From positions 28,139 to 92,138 of the forward strand of contig NZ_JAYRUV010000015.1 in the NCBI RefSeq assembly GCF_041918875.1: a stretch of DNA of 64,000 bases. Direction: 5' to 3'. This DNA is from Dongia sp. (lineage in GTDB: Bacteria > Pseudomonadota > Alphaproteobacteria > Dongiales > Dongiaceae). This document shows positions 11,968 through 21,627 of this stretch, piece after piece; within the stretch, counting starts at the first letter, position 1; every line of letters begins with the position of its first letter. A model generated the notes under the pieces. The model saw only the letters and a list, made by a program, of their open reading frames with translations. It did no database searches and was not told the origin of the DNA. Position numbers and translations under genes: made by a program.

Positions 11968-14034
11968 TCAGACTACCGGCCTGACCCAGACAGTCGTGTC
12001 GTGGAACACGGCACCGCCGTCGGGCTTGCCGGGCTCGTCGGAGACGAGCGCATTGACACCCAATCCGCCGTGGAAATCGGCATTCCCCCACAGGCTCTCG
12101 ATCACCACGGTCCCCGGCAGCAGGCCATCGAAGAATTTCGCATGCAATCCGATGACGGCCTGCTTGTTGCCGACATCGACCGCGCCGCCATCGGCGATGC
12201 GGTGGCGCGACGCGTCCTGCGGATGGATCAGCAAGGTCGGCCGCCCTTCCCTGGCCCGCGACGTCGGGGTCGGGGTGAAGGTCGAGTTGAGGAATTGCCG
12301 CGCCGGCGCCGTCACCAGGCGCAATGGCTGTTCGTCCGTAACCCTATCGTTGAGCGGGGCATAATCCGGCAGGGGCGGTAGGCCCTCGATATCGGGCCCG
12401 ATCGCGGCCCAATCCGGCTTGAAGCGGAACTTCTTGTCGGGGTGACCGAAACCGTTGAGGAAATGCGTCGTTTCGAAATCGAGCACGCAATCCTTCCAAT
12501 GCGCATCATAAAGGCTCTGTGCATCCGGATGGCCCGACAGTCTCAACGTTTCGTCGATGATCTCCCATTCGGTCATAGAGAAGCCCGGATGATGGCAGCC
12601 CAGGCGCTTGGCGAGTTCCGAAAGGACATAATGGTTCGACCGCGCCTCGCCCCATGGCTCGACCACCTTGCGCGTCGCCTGCAAATGGGTGTGGCCGCTC
12701 GCCCGGTAGATATCGTCATGCTCCAGGAATGTCGTGGCCGGCAGCACGATATCGGCCATCGCCGCCGTTTCGGTCATGAACTGCTCATGCACCGCCACGA
12801 ACAGATCGTCCCGCATGAAGCCCTGGCGCACGAGTTTCGAATTGGGGCAGACGTTCATGGGATTGGTATTCTGGATGATCATGGCCGTAACCGGCGGCCC
12901 GTCGCCGAGGTCCCGCTTGTCGCCAGTCAGCACGGCGCCAAGACGCGACTGATCGAGCTCACGGACGCGCGTATCCTTGAGATCGAGGCCCATGATGAGG
13001 CGGTTGTCGATATGATAGATTGCGCGGTTGGAATAATGGGCACCGCCGCCCTTCTCGGCCCAGGCGCCGGTGACGGTCGGCAGGCAGGAAACGGCATGAA
13101 GGCCGACCGCCCCGTTCCGGGTCCGGGAAAAGCCGTAACCGACCCGAATGAAGCTCTTTTTCGTACGGCCATATGCCCGCGCGAAGTCGCGAATGGTCTC
13201 CGCCGGGACGCCGGTGATGCCCTCCGCCCATTCAGGTGACCGATCGGCCACGTGGCGCTCCAACGCATCCGGTGCGTCGGCATGGCGGGCGAGATAATCG
13301 CGGTCGGCATGGCCTTCGGCGAACAGCACATGCATCACCGCGACGGCGAGCGCCGCATCGGTGCCCGGGCGCAGCATGAGGTGCTGATCCGCCACCTCCG
13401 CCGTGCCGGTGCGATAGGGGTCGACCACGATCAGCTTGGCGCCGCGCGCCTTCCTGGCGCGGGCGATATGGGTCATCACATTGACCTGCGTCGCCACCGG
13501 ATTGCCGCCCCAGACGATGATGAGGTCGCTCTGGGCCAGTTCGCGCGTGTCGACGCCGCGCATGACACCGACGCCCGCCTGCCAGCCGGCATCGGCCAGC
13601 GACACGCAGATCGTGCTCTTCTGCCGCGAATATTTCTTTTCGTGCGTCAGGCGATAGATGCCGTCGCGCTGCACCAGGCCCATCGTGCCGGCATAGTAAT
13701 AGGGAAAGACGGCTTCCGCGCCGTAGCGCTGCTCGGCGCGCTGGAACCGTTCGGCGATCTCGTCGAGCGCCTGCTCCCAGGTGATGGGCTGGAAGGCCGC
13801 GCGGCCAACACCCTTGGCCCCGACCCGGCGCAGCGGCACGTCGAGCCGGTCCGGGTGATGCTGCCGCTCGGCATAGCGCGCGACCTTGGCGCAGATGACA
13901 CCGGCCGTATAGCTATTGTCCTTGGCGCCATGAATGCGCCCGATCCGGGTCGATGAAATGCGCTCGACTTCCAGCGCGCAGGTCGAAGGACAATCATGCG
14001 GGCAGGCCGAGTGTACGATGTCAAAAGGCGCCAT
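11968..14034 (-). CDS. Molybdopterin oxidoreductase family protein (DMSO-reductase superfamily, uncharacterised clade)
   Basis: N-terminal CPHDCPSTC...C Fe-S motif, ADIVLPATTFLE, C-terminal FLNSTF molybdopterin-dinucleotide domain. Confidence 0.88.
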   Translation of the reverse strand: MAPFDIVHSACPHDCPSTCALEVERISSTRIGRIHGAKDNSYTAGVICAKVARYAERQHHPDRLDVPLRRVGAKGVGRAAFQPITWEQALDEIAERFQRAEQRYGAEAVFPYYYAGTMGLVQRDGIYRLTHEKKYSRQKSTICVSLADAGWQAGVGVMRGVDTRELAQSDLIIVWGGNPVATQVNVMTHIARARKARGAKLIVVDPYRTGTAEVADQHLMLRPGTDAALAVAVMHVLFAEGHADRDYLARHADAPDALERHVADRSPEWAEGITGVPAETIRDFARAYGRTKKSFIRVGYGFSRTRNGAVGLHAVSCLPTVTGAWAEKGGGAHYSNRAIYHIDNRLIMGLDLKDTRVRELDQSRLGAVLTGDKRDLGDGPPVTAMIIQNTNPMNVCPNSKLVRQGFMRDDLFVAVHEQFMTETAAMADIVLPATTFLEHDDIYRASGHTHLQATRKVVEPWGEARSNHYVLSELAKRLGCHHPGFSMTEWEIIDETLRLSGHPDAQSLYDAHWKDCVLDFETTHFLNGFGHPDKKFRFKPDWAAIGPDIEGLPPLPDYAPLNDRVTDEQPLRLVTAPARQFLNSTFTPTPTSRAREGRPTLLIHPQDASRHRIADGGAVDVGNKQAVIGLHAKFFDGLLPGTVVIESLWGNADFHGGLGVNALVSDEPGKPDGGAVFHDTTVWVRPVV

Positions 14035-14150
14035 AATTCAATGCCATGGAATGCGTGCGGCGCAGCCGCCGCGGTCGGTCGGCACTCTAGCGCTTGCGGC
14101 CAGGGCGGGCAATGTCGCCAGCGTCCCGGTTCAGCCTGCTTCGGCGGCCC

Positions 14151-14840
14151 CTATTTCTCGTCGCCCATGTCGCCGGGCACGCCATAGGAGGGCGCTGCAT
14201 TGGGATCGAGGGCGCGGGTGATATAGGCGTCCATCTGCGGCTGGTAATCCTCCCACAGGCGTTTCAGGCGCACGATGGGGTTGTCATCGCTCCAATCGAT
14301 GCGGAGATCCACCAATGGCCAGCTCTGTTCATGGACAACGAGGAGCCCTGCCGAATGGACCGGACCCATTTCGCCGCCGGCGACGATGCCGGCTTCCAAG
14401 CCGAGCAGCAGGCGGTCGGCCAGATGCCGGCCTTTCGATTGCGCGAAGACCTTGGCCATTACGGCGGGAACGTCCGGGTTTTGCAGCAGGTTGCCGGCGC
14501 CGACGCAATCCTCGCCCGGCGCCACATTGTTGGTGCCCAGCGTCTTGGCGCCGGACCAGAAGGCGGTACGCCCCTTGGCATCGATCATCGTGACCTGGCG
14601 ATGCTCCGGCGAATGGGCCTTGGCCATCAGCGCGTTCATCGCCTCGGGCGCGCTCATGCCTTTTTCCAGGAGGTCGAGTCCCTGATTGCCGAGCCGCGGG
14701 TCGGTCACGTTCTGCGTCGCCACCGCGCCCACGCCGGCCCTGGCCCAGGGACAGCGCGACGCCACGGCGATCGAGGAGGTGGTGATCGCCACACCGAACA
14801 TACCGGTTTCGGCGCAGCGGCCGACAAGCGAGAAGGTCAT
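14151..14840 (-). CDS. DUF1028 domain protein (Ntn-hydrolase-like)
   Basis: True start MTFSLVGRC; GVGAVATQN, AGNLL, AGGE, SAGLLV, VDLRID. Confidence 0.85.
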   Translation of the reverse strand: MTFSLVGRCAETGMFGVAITTSSIAVASRCPWARAGVGAVATQNVTDPRLGNQGLDLLEKGMSAPEAMNALMAKAHSPEHRQVTMIDAKGRTAFWSGAKTLGTNNVAPGEDCVGAGNLLQNPDVPAVMAKVFAQSKGRHLADRLLLGLEAGIVAGGEMGPVHSAGLLVVHEQSWPLVDLRIDWSDDNPIVRLKRLWEDYQPQMDAYITRALDPNAAPSYGVPGDMGDEK

Positions 14841-14854
14841 GGAAGGCCCGATCC

Positions 14855-15379
14855 TTATTTCTTGCGGGCCGCCCTCTTCTTTGCCGTCTTCTTGGCGCGG
14901 TCCGCCTTGTCGGCGGTGTCCTTCCATTGCAAGGCAGCGGGCGGCTCCGGAATATTCTTCATACGACTTTCCGGGATCACCGCATAGGCGTCGATTTCCA
15001 TGACCCATTCCGGGCGCGCCAACCCTTGCACGACCAACCCGGTCGAAACCGGATAGACACCCTTCAGCCACTTGCCGACGACCTTATAGACCGCCTCGCG
15101 GTAGCGCGGGTCGGTGATATAGATGACGATCTTGCAGATGTCGGCGAGCTTGCCGCCCTGCTCTTCCAGGAGTTGGCGAACATTGCGCATGGCCTGTTCG
15201 GACTGGGCCGCCGCATCGCCGACGCCCACCGTCGATCCGTCCAGCGCCTGGCCGACCTGGCCACGCAGGAAGATGGTATTGCCGGCGCGGACCGACATCG
15301 AGAGGTCGTTGTCGAGGCTTTGTTCCGGGTAAGTCTTCTTGGTGTTGAACTTGCGCAAACGCACATGGCTGTAGGTCAT
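14855..15379 (-). CDS. Rid (YjgF/YER057c/UK114) family protein with a basic C-terminal tail
   Basis: FLRGQVG, AQSEQAMRNV, DICKIVIY, YPVSTGLVV, EIDAYAV. Confidence 0.85.
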   Translation of the reverse strand: MTYSHVRLRKFNTKKTYPEQSLDNDLSMSVRAGNTIFLRGQVGQALDGSTVGVGDAAAQSEQAMRNVRQLLEEQGGKLADICKIVIYITDPRYREAVYKVVGKWLKGVYPVSTGLVVQGLARPEWVMEIDAYAVIPESRMKNIPEPPAALQWKDTADKADRAKKTAKKRAARKK

Positions 15380-15382
15380 GAC

Positions 15383-16849
15383 TTATTTCTTCTTCCACTG
15401 GTCGAGGACACGGTCTGAGAGACCCGCGCAATCCTTTACATAAGAGAGCGCGTTGCTCATATCGAAATTCATATAGACGGCATTGAGATGCGCAAAGGGC
15501 GGCGACTGAGCGAAAAGCTCGAACGTCACCATATGCCCGGCACGGTCGGAATTGAGCAGATCGCGCGCAAAGGCCAGCAGCTTGCGCCTGTCCTCGGCCT
15601 GCCAGAACTCATTGACGGAATAGTATTTCTCCATCCAATCCTTGATTTCCGGATGGTCGAAGGTGGCCTTGTCCGGGGTGACGCAGATCTGGCCGCCGCA
15701 GAGTTCGCGTGCCAGGTGCATCATCGCCGGCAATTGCGAGATCGCGACATAGCGCCCCGTATAAAGCAGCGACTGGTTCGGCATGAGGAGACCGCCCGGG
15801 CTCTTCTGCGCCGTGGCGATCGCCGCTGTGAGATGCGCGTTTATGGTCTCGCGGTACTGCATCAAAAGCGCCAGCTTCTCGCGCACCGCCTGCTGGGCAT
15901 CGAGGCCGGTCTGCTTGGCGTTGAACGCCGCGGCCCCCAGCAGCATGTCGGCGATATAGAGAACCCGCAGAACGAAGGGATAGGCGCTGTAGCGGTGCAG
16001 CGTGCCGCGAATGAAGGCCGCCGCCCGCGTGTGGCGATAGAACAGCACGTTTTCCCACGGAATCAGCACATCGTCGAAGACCAGCAAGGTATCCACCTCG
16101 TCGGCGCGGTTGGAAAGCGGATAGTCGTCCGCCGCGGCACGGCCGGTAAAGCCCGTGCGGCAGATATGCTTGAGGCCCGGCGAACCCATATCGCAGATGA
16201 AGCCCAGGGCGTAATCGCTGAGCTTGTCGTCGCCCCAGTTGGCGATCGTCGGCTTCACAAATGCCTGGTTGGCATAGGCCGCAGCCGTCTCGTATTTGGC
16301 GCCGCGCACGATGATGCCCTTGTCGGTTTCCTTGACCAGGTGCAGCAGCATGTCCGGATCCTGGTCCTGCGGCCGCTTCGAGCGATCGCCCTTGGGATCG
16401 GTATTGGCCGAGACATGGAAAGTGTCGGAGGTCAGCACGTGCTGGATATGATTCTCGATATTCTTCGAGAATTGCGGATCGACCTCGTTGAGAATGTCGC
16501 GCCCGTCATAGAGCGACCACATCTCGCCCACCGTCTCGTCGCCGATGCGGACTGCATAACCCTTGATGTCGCGCATTACCGTGTCGATCGCCTGGCGCTT
16601 GGCATGCCAGTCTTCCTGGTTGTGCGGCAGCTTGTAGCCGATGCAGTTCTCCTGCCCCGTCTTCTCGTCGCGATAGGCCATGACAGGCTTGGTCCTGGCC
16701 TCGTGCGCCATGTCGTAGATGCGGGCCCGGATATCGACGATCGGCTTGAAGGCGGGATGCGCGGTGACATCCTTCACCTTTTCGCCGTTGATCCAGATCT
16801 GGCGGCCGTCTTTCAGGCTGTCGCGGTATTGGGCACCGGTCCGCAGCAT
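15383..16849 (-). CDS. 4-hydroxyphenylacetate 3-hydroxylase family (HpaB/PvcC-like) two-component monooxygenase, oxygenase subunit
   Basis: MLRTGAQYRDSLKDGRQIWINGEKVKDVTAHPAF N-terminus, DPKGDRS, GIIVRGAK, DEVDTLLVFDDVLIPWENV. Confidence 0.88.
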   Translation of the reverse strand: MLRTGAQYRDSLKDGRQIWINGEKVKDVTAHPAFKPIVDIRARIYDMAHEARTKPVMAYRDEKTGQENCIGYKLPHNQEDWHAKRQAIDTVMRDIKGYAVRIGDETVGEMWSLYDGRDILNEVDPQFSKNIENHIQHVLTSDTFHVSANTDPKGDRSKRPQDQDPDMLLHLVKETDKGIIVRGAKYETAAAYANQAFVKPTIANWGDDKLSDYALGFICDMGSPGLKHICRTGFTGRAAADDYPLSNRADEVDTLLVFDDVLIPWENVLFYRHTRAAAFIRGTLHRYSAYPFVLRVLYIADMLLGAAAFNAKQTGLDAQQAVREKLALLMQYRETINAHLTAAIATAQKSPGGLLMPNQSLLYTGRYVAISQLPAMMHLARELCGGQICVTPDKATFDHPEIKDWMEKYYSVNEFWQAEDRRKLLAFARDLLNSDRAGHMVTFELFAQSPPFAHLNAVYMNFDMSNALSYVKDCAGLSDRVLDQWKKK

Positions 16850-16963
16850 CGGTAGGTCACTCCCCGTTTTTATTATTGGCATGCGTTCAATTCGCAACAT
16901 CTTGCTCGCAACACCCGGCAATGAGAAAATATTTTTATCTTTCGAATTGGATCGGATTTATCA

Positions 16964-17863
16964 ATGCCGTTTACCCTGAAGCAATTGCGTTATTTCGTGG
17001 CGACCGCCGAAACCGGCTCGGTTACGCTGGCGGCGCAGCGGGTCAACATCTCGCAGCCATCGGTCTCCGCCGCCATTGCCGAACTTGAGTCGCGCTTCGG
17101 TGTCGACCTTTTCGTCCGGCACCACGCCCAAGGTCTTACCCTCACCGCGGCCGGCCGCGAACTTCTGACCGATGCGAAAAGCCTGCTCGACCATGCCGAC
17201 GATGTCCGATTGGGGGCCATGGGCCTGGGCCAGGAGGTGGCGGGCGAGCTGCATATCGGCTGCTTCCAGACCGTGGCGCCCCTGGTGCTGCCGCGCCTCA
17301 TCGGTGCGCTGGCCGCAAGCCATCCGGAAATCGGCGTGAAACTGCACGAACATCACGTGCAGGGCGTCCTCGACGGCTTGCGCGCCGGTGAGTTCGAATT
17401 CGCCCTTACCTACGATCTCGGCCTCGACGACGATATCGAGTTCGACGCGCTGACAGAGGTGCCGCTCCATAGCATTCTCGCCAAGGATCATCCGCTTGCC
17501 AGACGCCGCAGCGCCGCCATCGCCGACCTCATCGCCTATCCGATGATATTGCTGGGCCTGCCCCACAGCCGCGACTATTTCCTCTCGATCATCTATGGTC
17601 TGGGCCTGCAGCCGCGCGTGGCTTACGAAACGCCGAGCTTCGAGATGGTGCGCGGCCTCGTCGCCAATTCCGACGCCTTCTCGATCATGCATTCCCGGCC
17701 CTTGAGCGACTGGTCGCTCGATGGACGGCGCCTCGTCTTCCTGCCGATCGAGGAAAAGCTGCGTCCGACCCGCCTCGGCCTTGCACGACTGAAAAAGCTG
17801 CGTCCGACCAAACGAGCCCTCGCCTTCACGGAACTCTGCCGACGGCACTTCGCGGCGCATTAG
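16964..17863 (+). CDS. LysR-type regulator, divergent from the monooxygenase operon
   Basis: FTLKQLRYFVATAETGSVTLAAQRVNISQPSVSAAI; LFVRHHAQG. Confidence 0.92.
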   Translation: MPFTLKQLRYFVATAETGSVTLAAQRVNISQPSVSAAIAELESRFGVDLFVRHHAQGLTLTAAGRELLTDAKSLLDHADDVRLGAMGLGQEVAGELHIGCFQTVAPLVLPRLIGALAASHPEIGVKLHEHHVQGVLDGLRAGEFEFALTYDLGLDDDIEFDALTEVPLHSILAKDHPLARRRSAAIADLIAYPMILLGLPHSRDYFLSIIYGLGLQPRVAYETPSFEMVRGLVANSDAFSIMHSRPLSDWSLDGRRLVFLPIEEKLRPTRLGLARLKKLRPTKRALAFTELCRRHFAAH

Positions 17864-18193
17864 CGATCGTCGCACCCGGTTTGCCCCGGTTCGCTCCCGG
17901 GGCGCCGGCGAGGGCCAGAACTGGTAGCCGCGCGCAGCCCGAACGCATCATTTTGCGCAATCGGTCAACTTCGCAGATGCAAAACGCGTATCGCATCACA
18001 TTGAATCCCCAGCAAAAGTTAACGCCATCTTTACTTTTTTTTAATGCCGCGCATACTTTCGCCCATCCGATTGGCGGGAAATCGACCGACTGAGTCGAAA
18101 GGGGTCTCATTCATTCGAGTGGGGTCGGGTCCGTGCAGAGCCAACGGCGGGGATTTGCCGCTGCACTGGGCCGCAAACTGAGGGGGTTTCTAA

Positions 18194-19744
18194 ATGTCTG
18201 TACCGAGTCATCATGACGAGGACGTAAAAGTCCTCCATAGCATGGGGTATTCCCAGGAGTTGTCCCGCCGCATGGGCGGGTTCCAGAACTTCGCCATCTC
18301 GTTCTCGATCATCTGCATTCTCGCCGGCGGTATCGGCGCTTACGGCGTCGCGTTCGGCGCCGGCGGCGGCGGCTCGGTCGGTATCGGCTGGCTGGTCGGT
18401 TCTTTCTTTGCACTCGTCGTTGCTGCGGCGATGGGCCAGATTGCTTCCGCCTATCCGACCGCGGGCGGCCTCTATCACTGGGGTTCGATCCTCGGCGGCA
18501 AGGGCTGGGGCTGGGCCACGGCATGGATCAATCTCCTTGGCCTGCTCTTCGTCGTCTCCTCGGTGAACTATGGTGTCTATCTGCTGCTGCGCGACCTCGT
18601 TCTGGTCGGCATCTTCGGTATGGATCCCGAGAGCTTCACCGGCACCCATTTGGTCATCGCGGTGGTTCTCATCACGCTGACGCAGGCTTATCTGAACTAC
18701 GCCGGCATCAAGGTGACCACGATCCTCACCGATTTCTCAGGCTATCTCATCCTGGGTACGGCGGTGATCCTGATCGCGGGCTTCCTGTTCGGCTCGTCAG
18801 TGCCGCTCGACTTCTCGCGCATCGTCACCTTCACCAACAATACCGGTGAGCCTGGCGCCAACATGTGGCCACAGACGGGCAGCCTGTTCTTTGCCTTCGT
18901 CCTCGGCCTGCTGCACGTCTGCTACACCATCACCGGTTTCGACGCTTCCGCACATACCTCGGAAGAGACCCGTGATGCGCAGCGCGCCGTGCCGCGCGGC
19001 ATGCTGACGTCGGTGTTCTGGTCGGCGGTGTTCGGTTGGCTCCTCGTTGTCGCCGTGCTGCTCGCCATGCCCGACACCGCGGAAGCTGCCAAGCAGGGTT
19101 GGTCGGTGTTCTACTGGACGCTCGATTCGACCAGCCTGCCGTCCTGGCTGAAGAGCCTTCTCGGCGTCGCGATCGTTATTGCGAACTACCTGTGCGCTCT
19201 GGCCGGCATGACCTCGCTTTCGCGCATGATCTACGCGTTCGCGCGCGACGGCGGCATTCCGGGCGCATCGAAGTTCCTGCGCCAGGTCAGCCCGAAACAC
19301 CGCACTCCCGGTGCGGCGATCTGGGTTGGTGCCGCGCTCTGCATCGTACTCGGCTTGCTCGCCGGCAACAACGAAAAGGCCTACATCATCCTGGCATCTG
19401 GCTGCGCGGTGTTCCTTTACGTCTCCTACATCATGCCGATCGGCGCGGGCCTCTTCGCCGAAGGTAAGAGCTGGACGAAGAAGGGTCCCTTCAGCCTCGG
19501 CGTCTGGTCGAAGCCGATTGCCGTCGTCGCCATTATTGGCGGCGCCATCCTCGCCTTCGTCGGCTTCCAGGAGCCATATCAGCTCGTCGGCTACTTCCTT
19601 GCAGGAACCGTCGCCGCGCTGATCGTGATCTGGTTTACCTTTGAGAAGAGCCGGTTTCCTGGCCCGCCGCTCACCGAAGCGGACGTCAAGGCCCGTCAGG
19701 CCGAGATTGCTCGGGAAGAAGCGGCGCTGGGTGGCGCTGGCTGA
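18194..19744 (+). CDS. APC-family amino acid/amine permease
   Basis: MGYSQELSRRMGGFQNFAISFSII, SAYPTAGGLYHW, GFDASAHTSEE, SRMIYAFARDGG; many hydrophobic segments. Confidence 0.92.
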   Translation: MSVPSHHDEDVKVLHSMGYSQELSRRMGGFQNFAISFSIICILAGGIGAYGVAFGAGGGGSVGIGWLVGSFFALVVAAAMGQIASAYPTAGGLYHWGSILGGKGWGWATAWINLLGLLFVVSSVNYGVYLLLRDLVLVGIFGMDPESFTGTHLVIAVVLITLTQAYLNYAGIKVTTILTDFSGYLILGTAVILIAGFLFGSSVPLDFSRIVTFTNNTGEPGANMWPQTGSLFFAFVLGLLHVCYTITGFDASAHTSEETRDAQRAVPRGMLTSVFWSAVFGWLLVVAVLLAMPDTAEAAKQGWSVFYWTLDSTSLPSWLKSLLGVAIVIANYLCALAGMTSLSRMIYAFARDGGIPGASKFLRQVSPKHRTPGAAIWVGAALCIVLGLLAGNNEKAYIILASGCAVFLYVSYIMPIGAGLFAEGKSWTKKGPFSLGVWSKPIAVVAIIGGAILAFVGFQEPYQLVGYFLAGTVAALIVIWFTFEKSRFPGPPLTEADVKARQAEIAREEAALGGAG

Positions 19745-19771
19745 TCCCACAGCAAATCAACAAATCACCTG

Positions 19772-19806
19772 GGGAGGCAGTGCAAACTGCCTCCCTTTTT
19801 CTTTTT
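19772..19806 (+). terminator. Intrinsic terminator of the permease gene
   Basis: GGGAGGCAG-TGCAAA-CTGCCTCCC followed by TTTTTCTTTTT. Confidence 0.85.
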
Positions 19807-19811
19807 ATGGC

Positions 19812-19840
19812 TTGACCTTTCCGAGGCTCAATCACACACT
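19812..19840 (+). promoter_or_regulatory. sigma70-type promoter for the riboswitch/GS-like transcript
   Basis: TTGACC-17 nt-CACACT, 15 bp upstream of aptamer 1. Confidence 0.6.
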
Positions 19841-19855
19841 CCGCCCGCAAAATCC

Positions 19856-20048
19856 TCCGACCTCGGGAGAGATCGGTATGTTCGCGCGTACCGGCGCCGA
19901 AGGAGCAACCGCCCCCGGAAACTCTCAGGCAAAAGGACCAGGTCGGAACCGACATCTCTGGAAAGCAGGCGGCGGACGTCGTCGCCTCACCGACGGAGTA
20001 AACTGGAAACCTTCCAGTGAATCTCTCAGGTCTCAAGGACAGAGGGGG
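19856..20048 (+). ncRNA. Tandem glycine riboswitch (two aptamers)
   Basis: Aptamer 1: TCCGACCT..GGAGAGA..CGCCGAAGGAGCAA..GAAACTCTCAGGCAAAAGGAC..AGGTCGGA (P1 closes). Aptamer 2: CTCTGGAAAG..CACCGACGGAG..AATCTCTCAGG..GGACAGAG. Confidence 0.92.
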
Positions 20049-20182
20049 GCTCGCCGGCGACTGTGAGGCCGGCCGCACCAAGCCGACGTCGGGGAGCCGC
20101 TGACCTCAGCCAAGACATCGTTGCCGCCTCATCACGCGCGGCCTAAATTCCAATTCATCGATCGAACAGGGGGTTCACAAAA

Positions 20183-21556
20183 ATGCCGTTGAAACCGGAA
20201 CAGGTTAAAACCATCGCTCAGGCCAAGAAGATCGTCGAGGAACGCGGTCTCACGCATATCAAGGTCGGCGTCTTCGATGGCGACGCCATCCTGCGCGGCA
20301 AATACATGTCGAAGGCCAAGTTCTTTTCGGCGCTCGAAGGTGGCTTCGGCTTCTGCGACGTGGTGCTCGGCTGGGACAATCAGGACCAGCTCATCGACGG
20401 CCTCGACTATACCGGCTGGCACACGGCCTATCCCGACGCCTGGGCGCGCATCATCCCCGAGACCTGCCGCGACCTGCCCATGGAAGATAACGGCCTCTTC
20501 TTCCTCTCCGAATTCGTCAACAAGGCCGAAGAGATCTGCGCGCGCGGTACGTTGCGCCGCGTCCTCGACAGGGCCGCCAAGATGGGCTTCGACGTCTATT
20601 CGGCGCTCGAGTTCGAATTCTTCATGTTCGACGAAACGCCGGAAAGCATCCGCGAGAAGAACTACAAGAACCTGACGCCGATGACCCCCGGCTGGTTCGG
20701 CTATTCGGTCATCCGCAACTCGGTCTGGTCCGAACTCTATCAGGACATTCTCGACATGTGCGAAAAGATGCGCATGCCGATCGAGGGCCTGCACACCGAA
20801 ACCGGCCCCGGCGTGCTCGAAGCAGCGCTCGGCGTCACCTCGGCGCTTGAAGCCGCCGATCGCGGCGCCCTCTTCAAGACCTTCATGAAGGTGCTGGCGC
20901 AGCGCCGTGGCCTGATGGCGACCTTCATGGCGAAATGGTCGAACTCCTATCCCGGCCAGTCCGGCCACATCCACATTTCCTTGAAGGGCAAGGATGGCAA
21001 GGCGGTCTTCCACGACCCGAAGAAGCCGCACAACATTTCCGACAAGATGCGCTGGTTCATCGGCGGTCAGCAGACCTTGATGCCGGAAGTTCTGGGCATG
21101 GTCTCGCCGACCGTGAACTCCTATTCGCGCCTCATCCCCGGTTTCTGGGCGCCGACCAACGCCACCTGGGGCGTCGAGAACCGCACTTGCGCGCTCCGCG
21201 TCATTCCGGGCTCGGAGAAATCGCAGCGCGTCGAATACCGCATCGCCGCCGCCGATTGTAACCCCTATCTGGCGCTGGCCGCCGCGATCGGTTCCGGCCT
21301 CTACGGCATCGAAAACAAGATTGAGCCGCAACCCGCCATCGTCGGCAATTCCTACGAGATGAAGCACCCGGCCAAGCTCGATCTGCCGCAGACCCTGTGG
21401 GAAGCCGCCCAGCGCCTGCGCAAGTCGAAGGCCGCGCGCGAATTGTTCGGCGATGCCTTCGTCGAACATCATGCCGGCACGCGTGAGCATGAGGAGCGCG
21501 AGTTCCGCAAGCACATCACCGATTGGGAACTCGCCCGCTACTTCGAAATCATCTGA
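20183..21556 (+). CDS. Glutamine-synthetase-like gamma-glutamyl-amine ligase (PuuA/PauA/ethanolamine glutamylase type)
   Basis: LRGK, ALEFEFF, GLHTETGPGVLE, ATFMAK, GQSGHIHISL, WGVENRTCALR, RVEYR; flap reads GFWAP where true GS has GYEAP. Confidence 0.9.
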   Translation: MPLKPEQVKTIAQAKKIVEERGLTHIKVGVFDGDAILRGKYMSKAKFFSALEGGFGFCDVVLGWDNQDQLIDGLDYTGWHTAYPDAWARIIPETCRDLPMEDNGLFFLSEFVNKAEEICARGTLRRVLDRAAKMGFDVYSALEFEFFMFDETPESIREKNYKNLTPMTPGWFGYSVIRNSVWSELYQDILDMCEKMRMPIEGLHTETGPGVLEAALGVTSALEAADRGALFKTFMKVLAQRRGLMATFMAKWSNSYPGQSGHIHISLKGKDGKAVFHDPKKPHNISDKMRWFIGGQQTLMPEVLGMVSPTVNSYSRLIPGFWAPTNATWGVENRTCALRVIPGSEKSQRVEYRIAAADCNPYLALAAAIGSGLYGIENKIEPQPAIVGNSYEMKHPAKLDLPQTLWEAAQRLRKSKAARELFGDAFVEHHAGTREHEEREFRKHITDWELARYFEII

Positions 21557-21569
21557 TCGACCAAACAAT

Positions 21570-21604
21570 GCCTGCCTCGTTCACCGAGGCAGGCGCTTTT
21601 CTTT
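21570..21604 (+). terminator. Terminator-like hairpin between the GS-like gene and the ALDH
   Basis: GCCTGCCTCG-TTCAC-CGAGGCAGGC then GCTTTTCTTT. Confidence 0.7.
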
Positions 21605-21627
21605 CGTTCAACACCCTGAGGTTACCC

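Noticed and set aside
17754-17810. Direct repeat aaagctgcgtccgacc (KLRPT twice) in the LysR 3' end; similar RNDRG duplication near 54866-54898
   Set aside because: Short in-frame duplications in C-terminal tails with no evidence of function.
18019-18034. CtrA-like TTAA-N7-TTTAC site, and an NtrC-like box near 17944, upstream of the permease
   Set aside because: Each deviates from consensus (mismatch or spacing), and no sigma54 -24/-12 element was found.
20183-21556. Calling the GS-like gene glnA
   Set aside because: It has GFWAP rather than GYEAP, no glnB/ntr context, and amine-catabolism neighbours.
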